Positions 47,319 to 60,500 of a stretch of 64,000 nt of DNA are shown piece after piece. The position numbers were made by a program, and so were the translations under genes. Position 1 is the stretch's first letter. Each line of letters opens with the position of its first letter. The notes beneath the pieces are model-generated. The model saw nothing but the letters and a program-made list of their open reading frames with translations, was not told where the DNA came from and did no database searches. The stretch comes from Azolla caroliniana. Lineage: Eukaryota > Plantae > Polypodiophyta. The stretch lies in the NCBI GenBank assembly GCA_043228905.1, contig JBHGNT010000004.1:5146001-5210000 (forward strand), in the 5' to 3' direction.

Positions 47319-50300
47319 TGTTGGGAATAGACGCTTCTATTCACCTTCACCACTCGGCCACAACCAAGTAGTCTTGAATCAATGCAGCAGAAAATCGGAA
47401 ACACAGAGAGAGAAAAAAAAACACGGATACACAGCGATTAACGTGGAAAACCCTAGACGGGAAAAACCACGGGAGTACAAGACTCCAATCCAACACTATA
47501 CAGAGAAGTATACAATGATGAGCTGCAAGGCGACGACCTTGAGCTCGCTGTCCTCGCCACAGGCGGCGGAAATACACAGAGGCGTCTACCTCTTCCTCTC
47601 TCGCGCTCTATCTCTCTCTCTCTCACACGGCTGCTCTCTCTTCACTCCTCTAGAGTGGAAAAAACAGAAAAATGATCAGCAACACTAAAACTGTTTGCCC
47701 TAAGTCATATTTATACTTATATGACTTTGGGCTATTTACAACTGTAGCCTCAGGGGCCCATAGCGAACATATTCACGGATATGTCCCTGCATCCGGATCG
47801 CTCTCCGGGCACATTCGTCATCCGGTACCGAAACCGGGGTCTTCGTCATCCGGATCCGAAACCGAAACCGGGCTTGTCGGCATTCATCTCCGATATCCGA
47901 CCATCCCATCCGAAAGGGACCGTAATCCCAACAAACTCCCCCTTCACTTCGGCATGGGATGTCTCTCCAATCCGATCCTCTTCCGGCATGCTTCCAGCTT
48001 GTCGGGTGTGAGGACCTTGGTCAGCATATCCGACCCGTTCTCGTCCGTGTGGATCTTTGTCAGCACGAACTCCTTGTCTTCTATCCTTTCCCGGATCCAG
48101 TGATATCTTCGCTGGATGTGCTTCGTCCGGGAGTGATAGGCCGCGTTCTTTGCAAGGTGGATTGCACTCTGACTGTCGCAGTAGAGTCGGTACTCCTCCT
48201 GCCGGATACCGAGCTCTCTAATGAAGTCCTTCATCCATATTATTTCCTTGCCGGCTTCAACAGCCGCCATGTACTCCGCCTCCGTGGTTGACAGCGCAAC
48301 CGTCTTCTGCAGCCTCGACTGCCATGAAACAGCTCCCCCTGCATACGTCATCACATACCCTGATGTGGACCGGCTGGTATCTGCATCAGCCGACATGTCC
48401 GAATCGGTAAAGCCGTCGAGTTCGGGCTTACCGGAGCCGAATCGGAGGCACACGTTTGCCGTGCCCTTCAGGTATCGGAGTATCCATTTGGCCGCGTTCC
48501 AATGCTCTTTGCCGGGATTGCTCATGTACCGGCTCACCACTCCGACTGCATATCCGATGTCCGGTCTCGTACACACCATGGCGTACATCAAGCTCCCGAC
48601 GGCTGAGGCATACGGCACTTTCATCATATCCTCCTTTTCAGCCTTTGTCTTGGGACTTTGCTTGCTGGACAGCTTGCAGTTTGCCGGGAGGGTCGATCCG
48701 ACCGGTCTTGCTTCCGACATGTTGAACCGGTGAAGCACCTTCGTCACGTACTTCTCCTGTGACAGCCACAACTGCTTCTTCTTCCGGTCCCGGATGATGT
48801 GCATCCCTAGTATTTGCCTCGCCGGACCCAGGTCCTTCATTGAGAAGGTTCGGTGAAGAGCCTTCTTCAGCATCCGTATCTTGACCTGGTCCCGTCCGAC
48901 GATCAACATGTCGTCCACGTACAGGAGGAGTATTAGAAAGTCTCCTCCTTCAAATTTCTTCACAAACACGCAGTGGTCGGACTGCGTTTTGAGGTACCCT
49001 TCGTCGGTCATGAAGGAGTCGAACTTCCGGTACCATTGCCGGGGAGCCTGCTTCAGTCCGTAAAGGCTCTTCTTCAGCCGGCATACCAGGTGCTCCTTCC
49101 CTTCCTTCTCGAATCCTTCCGGTTGCTGCATGTAGATCTCTTCTTCGAGGTCACCGTGAAGGAATGCCGTCTTCACGTCCATCTGTTCTGCCTCGAGGTC
49201 CATGCTTGCCGCTATGCTCAGCACCGTCCGGATGGAGGTCATCTTCACTACCGGGGCAAATATCTCGTCGAAGTCGACGCCCTTCTTCTGCTGAAACCCC
49301 TTCACCACGATCCTGGCTTTGTATCTCGGGGGGTTTCCGGCATCTCCCGGTTTCAGCTTGAACACCCACTTGTTTCGAAGTGCCCGCTTTCCTTTCGGCA
49401 ACTCCACAAGTTCATATGTGTGGTTCTCATGCAGGGAATCCATCTCGTCCTGCATGGCACTCAACCACCTGCGGCTCTGAGTGTCATGTTTTGCTTCTTC
49501 AAAACTCTCCGGCTCCCCCTCGTCGGTTAGCAGCACGTGCTCTGGTTCCGGAAATCTCCGGGGGGCCCTTCTCTCTCTTAGAGGATATCTTCGTTCTGGA
49601 GCTTCGGTAATCGGTTCTTCCGATTCTTCTTCATCCGAATCCATTTCGGGATCGGGGCCGGTTCCGGTATCATTTTCATCTTCTTCGGCCGGTTCTGTTT
49701 CTTCACCGTCTTCGGCCGGATCCTCGAGTGCTAACCGGTCCCTTGCCAGTCGGGACTGCTCCTTGTAGAGTTGATCCTCACCGGTCGACTTGGCGCTCTT
49801 TATCTTCTTCTCCGACTCCCAGTCGGCGAGTGTCTTGTCCTCCATGAAGATGATGTCTCGACTCCTGAATATCTTCTTGTCGACCGGGTCCCATACTCGG
49901 TAGCCGAACTCGTCGTCGCCGTAACCGAGGAATATGCATGGCCGGGTCTTCGGATCTAGCTTTCCTCTCCGGTCCTTCGCCACGTGCACGTATGCGAGAC
50001 ACCCGAACACCTTCAGATGCCGGTAGGATACTTCCCTACCGGTCCACACTCTCTGCGGCGTGTCTCCGTCCAAAGGTACTGAGGGTGATCTGTTTATCAC
50101 GTATGTCGCCGTCGACATTGCCTCAGCCCAAAACCCCTTGGGTAATTTCGCATGTGCCAGCATACTCCGGACCCTCTCCATTATGGTCTGGTTCATCCTC
50201 TCGGCCAGCCCGTTCAGTTCCGGCGTCTTCGGCACAGTAAACTCGAGTCGGATTCCCTTCGAGCGACAGTACTCCTGGAACTGCCCCCGGTATTCCCCTC

Positions 50301-52662
50301 CGTTATCCGCTCGTATCGCTTTCAGCTTCTTGCCGGATTCCCTTTCCACTCTCGCGTGGAGTTCTTTGAAGACGCACAACACTTGGTCCTTTGTCTTCAA
50401 CGGTGCCGTCCACAGTCTTCGGCTGTGATCATCTATGAAAGTTACGAAGTACTGGGCTCCGCCATGTGACTTCGTTTCTACCTGACACACGTCGGTGTGC
50501 ACCAACTCCAATGGTGCGCTACGTCTCGTCGGTGGCCTTGAGTGGAAGGAGGTTCGGTTCTACTTACCGGCCAGGCAGTCGGTGCACTTCTCCAGGTGCA
50601 CATGCTTCACCGGAATAAGGTTGTCTTCTGCAAGCCTCTTCATCCCCTTCTCACTCATGTGGCACAGTCTCTTGTGCCACAGCTCACCGGCAGTGTCGGC
50701 TGCCACATTCAGCTCTTCCGGACATAACCGGGCATTCATCAGGTACAGTGTGTTGACTTTCCGGGCCCGAGCCACTATCAAGCTCCCCTTGCTGAACTTC
50801 ATGACACCGTTCCGGATGCTACCCGTGTAGCCTTCATCGTCTAGCCTCCCGGCCGAAATCAGGTTCAATCGGACCTCCGGAACGTGTCGTACATCCTTCA
50901 ACAGCATCTTGCATCCGGTCGGGGTTGTCAACCACACGTCTCCTATGCCGGCAATCCGGCACGTACCTTCGTTTCCCATCCGAACACAGCCATGCTCACC
51001 GGCTGTGTAGGATGAGAAGTATCTTCTCTCCGGGGTCAGGTGGAACGATGCTCCGGAATCGACCACCCAGGTCGTCTCATCGCCGGCAATGTTTAGTTCA
51101 CCTTCTTCGGTGATGAGCATGATCTCCTCTTCACTTGCCGCGAGTGCCGTCGTTCCTTTCCGGTCCTGTCCTCGCCGATCCGAACCATTCCGGTCCGTGG
51201 CTCCCCGGTATGCACCGTTTCTCTCCGGTGACTTCTTCGAATCGGTGTTGTCGGTTCCATTGTCTTTTCGGTAATGCCGACAATTCTTTCGGAAGTGCCC
51301 CGGCTTCCCACAGTGGAAGCATGTGGGCCTTCCTCTTGACTGCGACCGGGTCCCCGACTTCTCCCGTCTTTGCGGACTCCGGTTCCATTGTCTTCCCCGA
51401 TCCGATTCGGTAAACAACATCTTCGGGTCGGAGGTCGGTTCCTTATCTCTCCGACGCGCTTCTTCATTCAAAATACTTGTCTTTACCGTTTGTAAGGACA
51501 AGTTATCTTCGGTGCAGGAGGTGCTGAGGGTCACCACCAAGTTCTCCCAGCTTTCTGGCAATGTACACATCAGGATGATGGCTTGCATTGCATCCTCCAA
51601 CGGGAACTTGATCGCCGCAAGCTGATTCACGAATCCCATGAACGTGCTTACGTGTTCCACCATACTCTCGCCGTCCCGGTACTTGAGATTCACTATCTTC
51701 CTCATCAGGGAGGTCCGGTTCAACGCATTCTTCCTCTCGTAGAGGCCCGATAGCTTCTTCCACATCTCATATGCGTTGGTATTGTTTGCCACATGTTGTA
51801 GGACGCTTACATCGACATATTGTCGGATCGTCGCTACGGCTTTCCGGTTCAGGAGCTTCCACTCCGACTGAAGTACCCCTTTCGGTATTTCCGACCTGTC
51901 AATCGGTTCGTACAGGTCCCGAACAATCAGAAGATCCTCCATCTTGATCTTCCAGTCGGCGTAATTCTGCGCATTCAGCACCATCATCATCGGCTGCCCG
52001 TTGCCGCCGCCTTCCATTTTCTGCAACAGTTCGCTCTGATACCAGTTTGTTGGGAATAGACGCTTCTATTCACCTTCACCACTCGGCCACAACCAAGTAG
52101 TCTTGAATCAATGCAGCAGAAAATCGGAAACACAGAGAGAGAAAAAAAAACACGGATACACAGCGATTAACGTGGAAAACCCTAGACGGGAAAAACCACG
52201 GGAGTACAAGACTCCAATCCAACACTATACAGAGAAGTATACAATGATGAGCTGCAAGGCGACGACCTTGAGCTCGCTGTCCTCGCCACAGGCGGCGGAA
52301 ATACACAGAGGCGTCTACCTCTTCCTCTCTCGCGCTCTATCTCTCTCTCTCTCACACGGCTGCTCTCTCTTCACTCCTCTAGAGTGGAAAAAACAGAAAA
52401 ATGATCAGCAACACTAAAACTGTTTGCCCTAAGTCATATTTATACTTATATGACTTTGGGCTATTTACAACTGTAGCCTCAGGGGCCCATAGCGAACATA
52501 TTCACGGATATGTCCCTGCATCCGGATCGCTCTCCGGGCACATTCGTCATCCGGTACCGAAACCGGGGTCTTCGTCATCCGGATCCGAAACCGAAACCGG
52601 GCTTGTCGGCATTCATCTCCGATATCCGACCATCCCATCCGAAAGGGACCGTAATCCCAACA
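47319..52662 (-). mobile_element. Ty1/copia element 3 (young, same family as copia-1)
   Basis: 615-bp LTRs 52048-52662 and 47319-47933 that look identical, TSD GCATC/GCATC, iMet PBS 52044-52033, PPT at 47936-47945. Confidence 0.97.
47944..52017 (-). pseudogene. Copia-3 gag-pol with a single in-frame TAG at 50560-50562
   Basis: ORFs 52026-50560 and 50511-47944 are in the same frame and closely match the copia-1 protein. CLAGK* here versus CLAGKQ in copia-1. Confidence 0.9.
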
Positions 52663-54005
52663 GCATCTTAGTCCTACAAGATGCACCAGTACCTGCTCGG
52701 ACACGGTTATTGGAGCTATGTCGATGGAGCAAATGACACAACACCCAATTCGACACACAAAGACTTCCCGGCGTGGGAACAATCGGCGAGCAAAGTGTTG
52801 TACTGTTTCGTGTCTTGTGTGGGTGAACAACTGTTAAGCTACGTTCGGGATGCAAAAACGCCGAAGGGTACGTGGGAAAATCTGAAGAAGATCTTCGTTG
52901 CGAGCACCACAGCCAGGAAGCTTCAGCTTCAACAGGAGTTGAGCAACCTACGGCAACGCGATTTGTCGGTGGTTGACTATACCTCAAGGATTAAGAACAT
53001 ATGCGACTCATTAGCTTCCATCGATGTGAACATCGAGGAAAGCGAGATGGTCCAGGTCTGTCTCGGGGGTTTGGCGTCGAAGTTCAGGGCGTTCTGAACT
53101 GCTGTGTGTACCCGGGAGAATACGCCGTCCTTTTTCGACTTACAGTCGATGCTCCTGGTAGAGGAGAACCACACGGGTGCGTCAACAAGCACACACACCG
53201 ATATCAAGATGTTGTACACGGAGGGAGAGAGGCCCCGTGGTCGTGGCGAACGAGGCGGCTGACGGGATCAAGGAAGAAGGCACCGAAGTGATGCCGACCG
53301 CAATTCTAGACCTTCCGGAAACAGGGGCAGTCGAGGCGACGAGAACCGGCAAGGGAAATCCATCGTGGAATGTTGGTACTGTGGCAAGAAAGGCCACAGG
53401 GAGAGCAAGTGCTGGAAAAAACGCGCCGATTCGGAGAGAACCGGGTCCGGAACATGCTCGAGATAGACCGAGAAAGGAAATCGGCAACGATCGCACTACG
53501 CCGAAGGATTCGGAGAACCCGAAAAAGGGTCAATCTTCGTGACGAGACACAAAGCAAACTCAATGAAGCAGACCACCCCGAAATTGGACGAGGTGTGGTA
53601 CGTCGACTCCGGAGCGTCAAATCACATGACTGTCAGGAATAGTACTAAAGCAGAGATGGAATTAGTACTAAGAAGGGAAGTACTATTAGTACTAAGAAGA
53701 CGGGACTGCGTGAGATTCCCGAGAGAGGAAGTGAGAAGAGGAGAGAGAGAGATAGCGAGGATGAGAGAGAGAGAAAGATGATGACAACAGCTAATATATT
53801 ATGTGAAAAGATAAGTACAAAGCGGCTAAGAGGCTTAAGACTAGCGTTGAACCAATTTGGTTCAACATAATGCCTAGTGCCTTCTTTTATAGTGTTGTCA
53901 GGAGTAATCCTGAAACTTCTAGAATGTTCCAGAGAAATCTGGAATATACATTACTTTCTTATAATAAAACATAAATGAAAATAATATCCTATGAATTACA
54001 ATAGA

Positions 54006-54065
54006 TGGTGTGATGGTTAAGAGCTCGACCCATATACCATAAGGTCATGGGTTCGAGTCTTGCCA
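54006..54065 (+). promoter_or_regulatory. tRNA-like A-box/B-box cassette in the chromovirus LTR (second copy at about 57599-57658)
   Basis: TGGTGTGATGG and GGTTCGAGTC starts are 44 nt apart, with AAGGTC before the T-arm. Confidence 0.55.
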
Positions 54066-54407
54066 TATCATGACACTATCTCCCCCTTAACGACGACGAG
54101 TGGAACGAGTCGGCGCTGATTGCAGACCGGGTTTGTCCGGATACTTTCGGTGGAAATCAGCAAGCAGATCCTGAGCATTGGCAACATGCTCGACGGGTTC
54201 CCAAGTGCGTTCGCTCGGACTATAACCAACCCAATCGACCAAATAATAAAGTTTGTTGCGAATAAGTTTGGAATCGAGGATGGCAACAACTTCATACTCC
54301 GGGTCGGCGTCCAACTCCAGCGGGGGAATGGTGTTTGCTTTATAAGGTTCAAGAAGAGAACAATGGAAAACTGGATGTATCTGAAGCTGTGGAGGGAGAT
54401 CAAGGCA

Positions 54408-54554
54408 GAATGTGACATCATTAACTTTACCCGTAATACGGAATGGACCGAGTCGTCGATAATCCAACTTGTCGCACAAGGAGGAATGTGACATCATTAA
54501 CTTTACCCGTAGTACGGAATGGACCGAGTCGTCGATAATCCAACTTGTCGCACA
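54408..54554. repeat. 76-bp tandem duplication in the integrase C-terminal region
   Basis: GAATGTGACATCATTAACTTTACCCGTA...CTTGTCGCACA occurs twice. Confidence 0.9.
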
Positions 54555-57500
54555 GTCGAGTAGTCTTGATGTGACGACGTAAGAGCCATACTCGATCTCC
54601 GATGGCAAAAGAGGAGGGAAGCCGATCACGATCCGCGTAAGTCTTCTGTGTCTGTTGAGCATGACGAAGATGAGTTGAGAGATCTGTCTGGATCTTGCGT
54701 AGTCTCTCCAAATGATCCCCGGCACGAGGATTGGTAGGTAGCTCCGGGGTGTCGATCACCGACCAGCGAGGATGAGAACCAGTATAAGCATAGAATGGGG
54801 AGACTCGAGTCGAGGAGTGAACAACATTATTATACGCAAACTCCGCAAAGTGGAGAATCTCGGCCCAATCGTCCTGTTGATAGCTCAGGAAACACCGGAG
54901 ATATTGCTCCAGCGTTTGGTTTGTTCATTCTGCCTGCCCATCGGTCTGAGGATGGTAGCCGGAGGAGAGGTTGCAAGAGACCTTAAGCATCTTGAAGAGA
55001 TGTTGCCAAAATTTGGAGACAAATTGTGGTCCTCGGTCACTGATGATACTGTCTGGGAGGCCATGATGCCGAAATACCTCACGCATGACTAGGGCGGCGG
55101 TTTCCTCACTAGTGATGGCCTTAGTAAACGGAACAAAATGTGCCATCTTCGTATATCAATCGACGATGGTTAAGATAGCATCGAACCCCTGCGAGACCGG
55201 CAGATCTGTGATAAAATCAAGACAAATAGACTGCCACGGCTTACTTGGAATCAGTAAGGGTTCCAACAAGCCATATGGATGGTGTCGTGGCATCTTTGCT
55301 CGGCAACAAGCATCACAGGTCCGAACGTAATCGTCGACAAAACAGCGCATGTGGGGCCACCAAAAAGATCGTTGCACTAGCTCCAACGTCTTAGTACTAC
55401 CGAAATGTCCCGCCGTATGGGTGTCGTGACAATGCTGGACGATTTGAAGGCGATAGGAGCAATCGGGGACATATATGCGCTTTTTAAAGAATAACAAACC
55501 ATCATGATATTCGAATTGTCGGTAGTCAATACCTGGTTGTTGAGACTGAGAACAGGATGCCCGAGAAGTATCAATGTGCGCCAGGATGTCTTGAGCAAAA
55601 TTATCCGTCTTCAAGTTTGCACGTATGTCATCGATAATCCGTGAATCCATCGGGGTGTGAAAAATCCGCGTCGTGTGCAATCGTGTTGGTCCCAAGATTA
55701 CTTGCGTTTGATTATCAAATGTTGGATCACCAGGACGAGGTGCAAGATATGAACGCCGTGATAGTGCATCTGCTTTTCCTTGCTGCTTCCCCGGTCGATA
55801 TGTGATTTTGAAGTCGAAACGCGTGAGGAATTGCGCCCACTGAGCTTGCCGTCGATTTAGTACGCGAGCGTTCTAGAAATAAGCAAGATTTTTATGATCA
55901 CTAAAGACAACGACCTGATGTGGAGAGCCCTCTAAGAAATGCCGTCATTGCACAAATGAATCCACGATGGCTAATAACTCCTTGTCATGTATTTCGTAGT
56001 TGATTTCCGCAACATCGAATTTGCGCGAATGGAAAGCCACCGGATGCAACTCTTCTTTATCTCCTTGTTGAGAAAGGATGCTACCGAGGGCGAAATCTGA
56101 AGCATCGGCCTCCATGATGAATGGTTTGCTAGTATCCACATGAGCTAGAATCGGTGCTGATGTAAAGGCTTTCTTAAGATGCTGAAAAGCCATATCTGCT
56201 TCAACGGACCAAAGAAATGTTTGGCCCTTCTTCGTAAGTTGTGTGAGGGGTAAGATAATCTTCGAGTAATCCTGTATAAACTTACGGTAGAAGTTAGCAA
56301 AACCTAGAAAACATTGTACATCTCGTACCGACCGTGGAATTTGCCACTCTAGTACAGTTTGGACTTTAGTTGGATCCATGGCGATGCCCTTTGAGGAGAT
56401 GACGTAGCCTAGAAATTCTACTTGCTTGCAGTCAAAGCTACATTTTTCTAGCTTGGCATAAAAGACCATTCTCGCGGAGTCGCTTTAGTACTAATAATAC
56501 ATGAGAATCGGGCTCTTGCTGGGTCTTCGAATAAATCAATAGATCATCAAGATAGATGATCAAACAGATATCCAAGAGGTCTCTGAATATATCATTTGCC
56601 ATATGTTGGAAGACTGCGGGTGCATTGGTTAGGCCGAACGGCATAACAGTATACTCGAAATGCCCATACTGCGTGCGAAAGGCGGTCTTCCATTCATCTC
56701 CTGGTCGGATCCGCACGAGGTTATACGCTCCTCGTAGATCGATTTTGGTAAAAAACTTGGCACCATTAACTCGCTCTTAAAGACTTGATATAAGAGGAAG
56801 TGCATACCTATTCCGGATGGTGACCTTATTCAATCCGCGGTAATCAACGACGAGACGAAGTGAGCCATCTTTCTTCTTGACAAAGAAGATAGGTGCACCA
56901 GCCGGAGATCTCGAATGACGGATGAACCCGCTTGCCAAGTTCTCCTCTATGTAGGCTTGAATGACTTCTAACTCGGTGGGTGACAAGTTGTAAATTGGTC
57001 CCCATGGTGGCTCGGTTCCTGGTTGTAAATCGATGGGACAGTCATAGGGACGGTGATGAGGAAGGGTACCGGCTTTTACCTTGTCAAATACATCGGCATA
57101 AGGATGATATTTTACCGGAAGTTGTACTGAGGAGTCCTTCTTAATAGTGCTGGAAGGATGTACTGATATTGCAAATAGGAACATTGCCTCCTTGTGTCCT
57201 TCTTCGCGTAATTGATGGAGTGAAATGGTCTTAAGCCTCTTAGCCGCTTTGTACTTATCTTTTCACATAATATATTAGTTGTTGTCATCATCTTTCTCTC
57301 TCTCTCATCCTCGCTATCTCTCTCTCTCCTCTTCTCACTTCCTCTCTCGGGAATCTCACGCAGTCCCGTCTTCTTAGTACTAATAGTACTTCCCTTCTTA
57401 GTACTAATTCCATCTCTGCTTTAGTACTATTCCTGACAGTTTGAACCAATTTGGTTCAACATAATGCCTAGTGCCTTCTTTTATAGTGTTATCAGGAGTA

Positions 57501-60500
57501 ATCCTGAAACTTCTAGAATGTTCCAGAGAAATCTGGAATATACATTACTTTCTTATAATAAAACATAAATGAAAATAATATTCTATGAATTACAATAATG
57601 GTGTGATGGTTAAGAGCTCGACCCATATACCATAAGGTCATGGGTTCGAGTCTTGCCATATCATGACACTGACGAGCCATAAGGAGTGGTTCTCGTACCT
57701 AGAAAAACCGATGCAACCGGGAGTAGTCGCAACCGGAGACGACACTCCGCATCCGATCACGAATGTCGGAGAAGTACCCCTGAGCCATGTCGGGTAGAAA
57801 GGGAAACTCATGAACGTGCTACACGTTCCGACAATAACGAAGAACTTGGTGTCGGTCGGACAGATCGTCGACCAAGGGATGGAGGTCCGGTTTACGCACC
57901 TCGGGTGTTTCATTGAGGAAGAAGGCCGTATCATTGCGCAAGGGCGCAGAGATGGGAGGATGTCGGACATCGACTTATGGCACAAGCGGATAGGCCACGT
58001 CAACTACCAGCGGCTTCAAGACCTACAATCGAAACAAGTGGTGTTCGGATTGCCCAATTTTAGTGGCCGGAAGGCACAAATTTGTGAAGCCTGCTAGCTT
58101 GGGAAGCAACACCGACTTCCTTTCCCCAACAAGCGTAACCGGAGCCAGAACAAGCTCGACTTGATACACTCTGATGTGTGGGGGCTGGCACAAAATGTTT
58201 TGTCTCCTTCATCGACGACTACACGCAGCACACGTGGATCTACCTCATTGAGAGGAAAAGCGAAGTCTTCGACTGTTTCCGGGACCTCAAAGGGTTCGTG
58301 GAAACGGAAACAGGAAGAAAGATCAAGTGCATGCGGTCGGATGGCGGAAAAGAATACTTTTCCAGTCAGTTCACCGGTTATCTACAACAGATGGGAATTC
58401 GGCACGAATTCAGTTGTAGATACACGCCGGAGCAAAACGGCGTGGCTGAGAGGAAAAATCGGTCGGTTGTGGAAGCGGCACGGGCAATGCTGGAGGAGAA
58501 GAGCTTGCCCAAGTTCTACTGGGCCGAGGCGGTAAGGACCGCGGTATACATCCAGAACCGGATCGGAGAAAAAGTGTCAGTGCACGAGCTTTACTTCGAA
58601 ACGAAGCCGAACTTGCGACACTTACGAGTTTTCGGTAGCATTGCATATGTGCATGTGCCGAAGGAGAAAAGGAGGAAGTTGGACGCAAAAGCCGAGAAGT
58701 GTATCTTGGTCGGCTATTCGGACGAGCAGAAGGGTTATAAGTGCTGTAACCCGCGTACCAAACAAGCGCGCGTGAGCCGCGACGTTGTGTTTGATGAGTC
58801 CGCGTCCTGGTACTTGCCTCTGACTCCGGACCTCACCTCCAATCTGAGATCTGACGATGAGGATAGCAAGGCCGAGGTGCCTCCGGCTCAGCCTGAAATC
58901 GGGACCCCCGAAGAGAGTCTGATTTCGTTTCGGTTAAGTGGACCGAATGGACAACTGAGTCGGTACGACCAGTCCGATGAAGAGCCGGCGAGTAGTGGAG
59001 ACTCGGTCGTGCATTCCCCGCGTAGGAAGCCGAGGAGACGGCTTACGCGCAAAGAGAAAGGGAAGAAGAAGGTGTCGGATTCCGGCACGGATAGGAACGA
59101 GTCAGACCGACGCGAGTTCGACTTTGAGGGAAGTGGCAACGGGCCTTCAGGAGGGAAGTCCGAGTTGGCCGAGAAGACCTCGACATCGGCTAATGACCGA
59201 TTACGCCGATCTACCCGCCAAAAGAACCTAGTTGTGCGGTTCGGATACAACGAGTACATGGCGCATCATTATGCGTACATGACCCGTGTAGTGGAAGTGC
59301 GTGAGCCGGAGAGCTACACAGAAGCGGCGAAGGACGCGAATTGGTGCGCCGCGATGGAGGAAGAGATGCACGCATTGGCGGAAAACGGGACTTGGGACCT
59401 AGTTGACGCACCGAAGAGTGTGAAGCCGATCGGATGTAGGTGGGTGTACAAGGTCAAGTACAACACCGATGGCTCGGTCAACCGATACAAGGCCCGGTTA
59501 GTGGCAAAAGGCTACGCGCAGAAACACGGCATCGACTACGATGAGACGTTCGCGCCGGTCGCGAAGATGATGACCGTCCATGTTTTGCTCGCGGTAGCCA
59601 CGGCCAAGGGGTGGCACTTACATCAGATGGATGTAAAGAATGTGTTCATGCAAGGTGACCTTGAGGACCAAGTGTACATGGTATAGCCCCCCGGATTTCA
59701 CTCCGAAACGAACACGTCGGTAGTGTGCTGATTGAAGAAGTCCCTTTACGGACTGAAGCAAGCCCCGCGTGCCTGGAATGCGAATATCACGCATCGGCTG
59801 CGTCGGATGGGCTTTGCGACGTCAAAATCGGACTCCTCGTTGTTCATTCAAAAAGGTCGACTCAGGCCGGTCAGTATTTTACTCTATGTTGATGACTTGA
59901 TCATCACCGGCGCCGACCTAGGTGAAATCAACTGCGTGAAGCTCCAACTTGTGGCATCATTCGACATGAAGGATCTAGGGGACCTTCATTACTTCCTCGG
60001 GATCGAAGTGATCCGCACCCCCGAAGGCATACTGATCAGCCAACATCATTATGCGCTGAATATGCTCTTCAAATTCGGGATGGCAGACTGTAAGTCCGTC
60101 TCGACTCCTCTGGATAGAACTGTCAAGCTTCGCCCCAATTCCGGCAAGGTTTGCGATCCGACAAGGTTCCAACAAATTGTCGGAAGCCATATCTACTTGA
60201 CAATCACCCGACATGATCTCAGTTATCCGGTCGGGGTGATCAGTCAGTTTATGGCACGACCTACCGAGGAGCACCTTCAGTGTGTGCAACGCGTACTGCG
60301 GTACGTAAGCAGCACTAAGGACCGGGGACTACTATATCGGACCGATACAGCCCCGCAGTTGGTCGGCTACACCGATGCCAACTGGGCCGGCAATGTCGCC
60401 GATCGTCGATCCACGTCCGAATAAGTGTTCTCTCTTGGGAGTTCCGCGATCGCGTGGAGTATCAAGAAGCAGCCGACAGTTGCACTGTCGAGCATCGAAG

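Larger units (their letters stand above)
53631..57668 (-). mobile_element. Chromovirus (Ty3/gypsy), gag/protease-deleted, with rearranged 5' LTR
   Basis: 3' LTR 53631-54075, PPT AAGGGGGAGATAG, RT YLDD, RNase H, integrase and chromodomain (EYEV..ILD..YYLVDWVGY..TWEP), 5' LTR 57228-57668 partly inverted, TSD ATGAC/CTGAC. Confidence 0.93.

Noticed and set aside
33700-52000. Many 60-310 aa overlapping or antisense ORFs
   Set aside because: Expected shadows of GC-rich, codon-biased retroelement ORFs with no motifs.
54001-54075. Functional tRNA gene
   Set aside because: Acceptor, anticodon and T stems pair poorly. Reported only as a tRNA-like promoter cassette.
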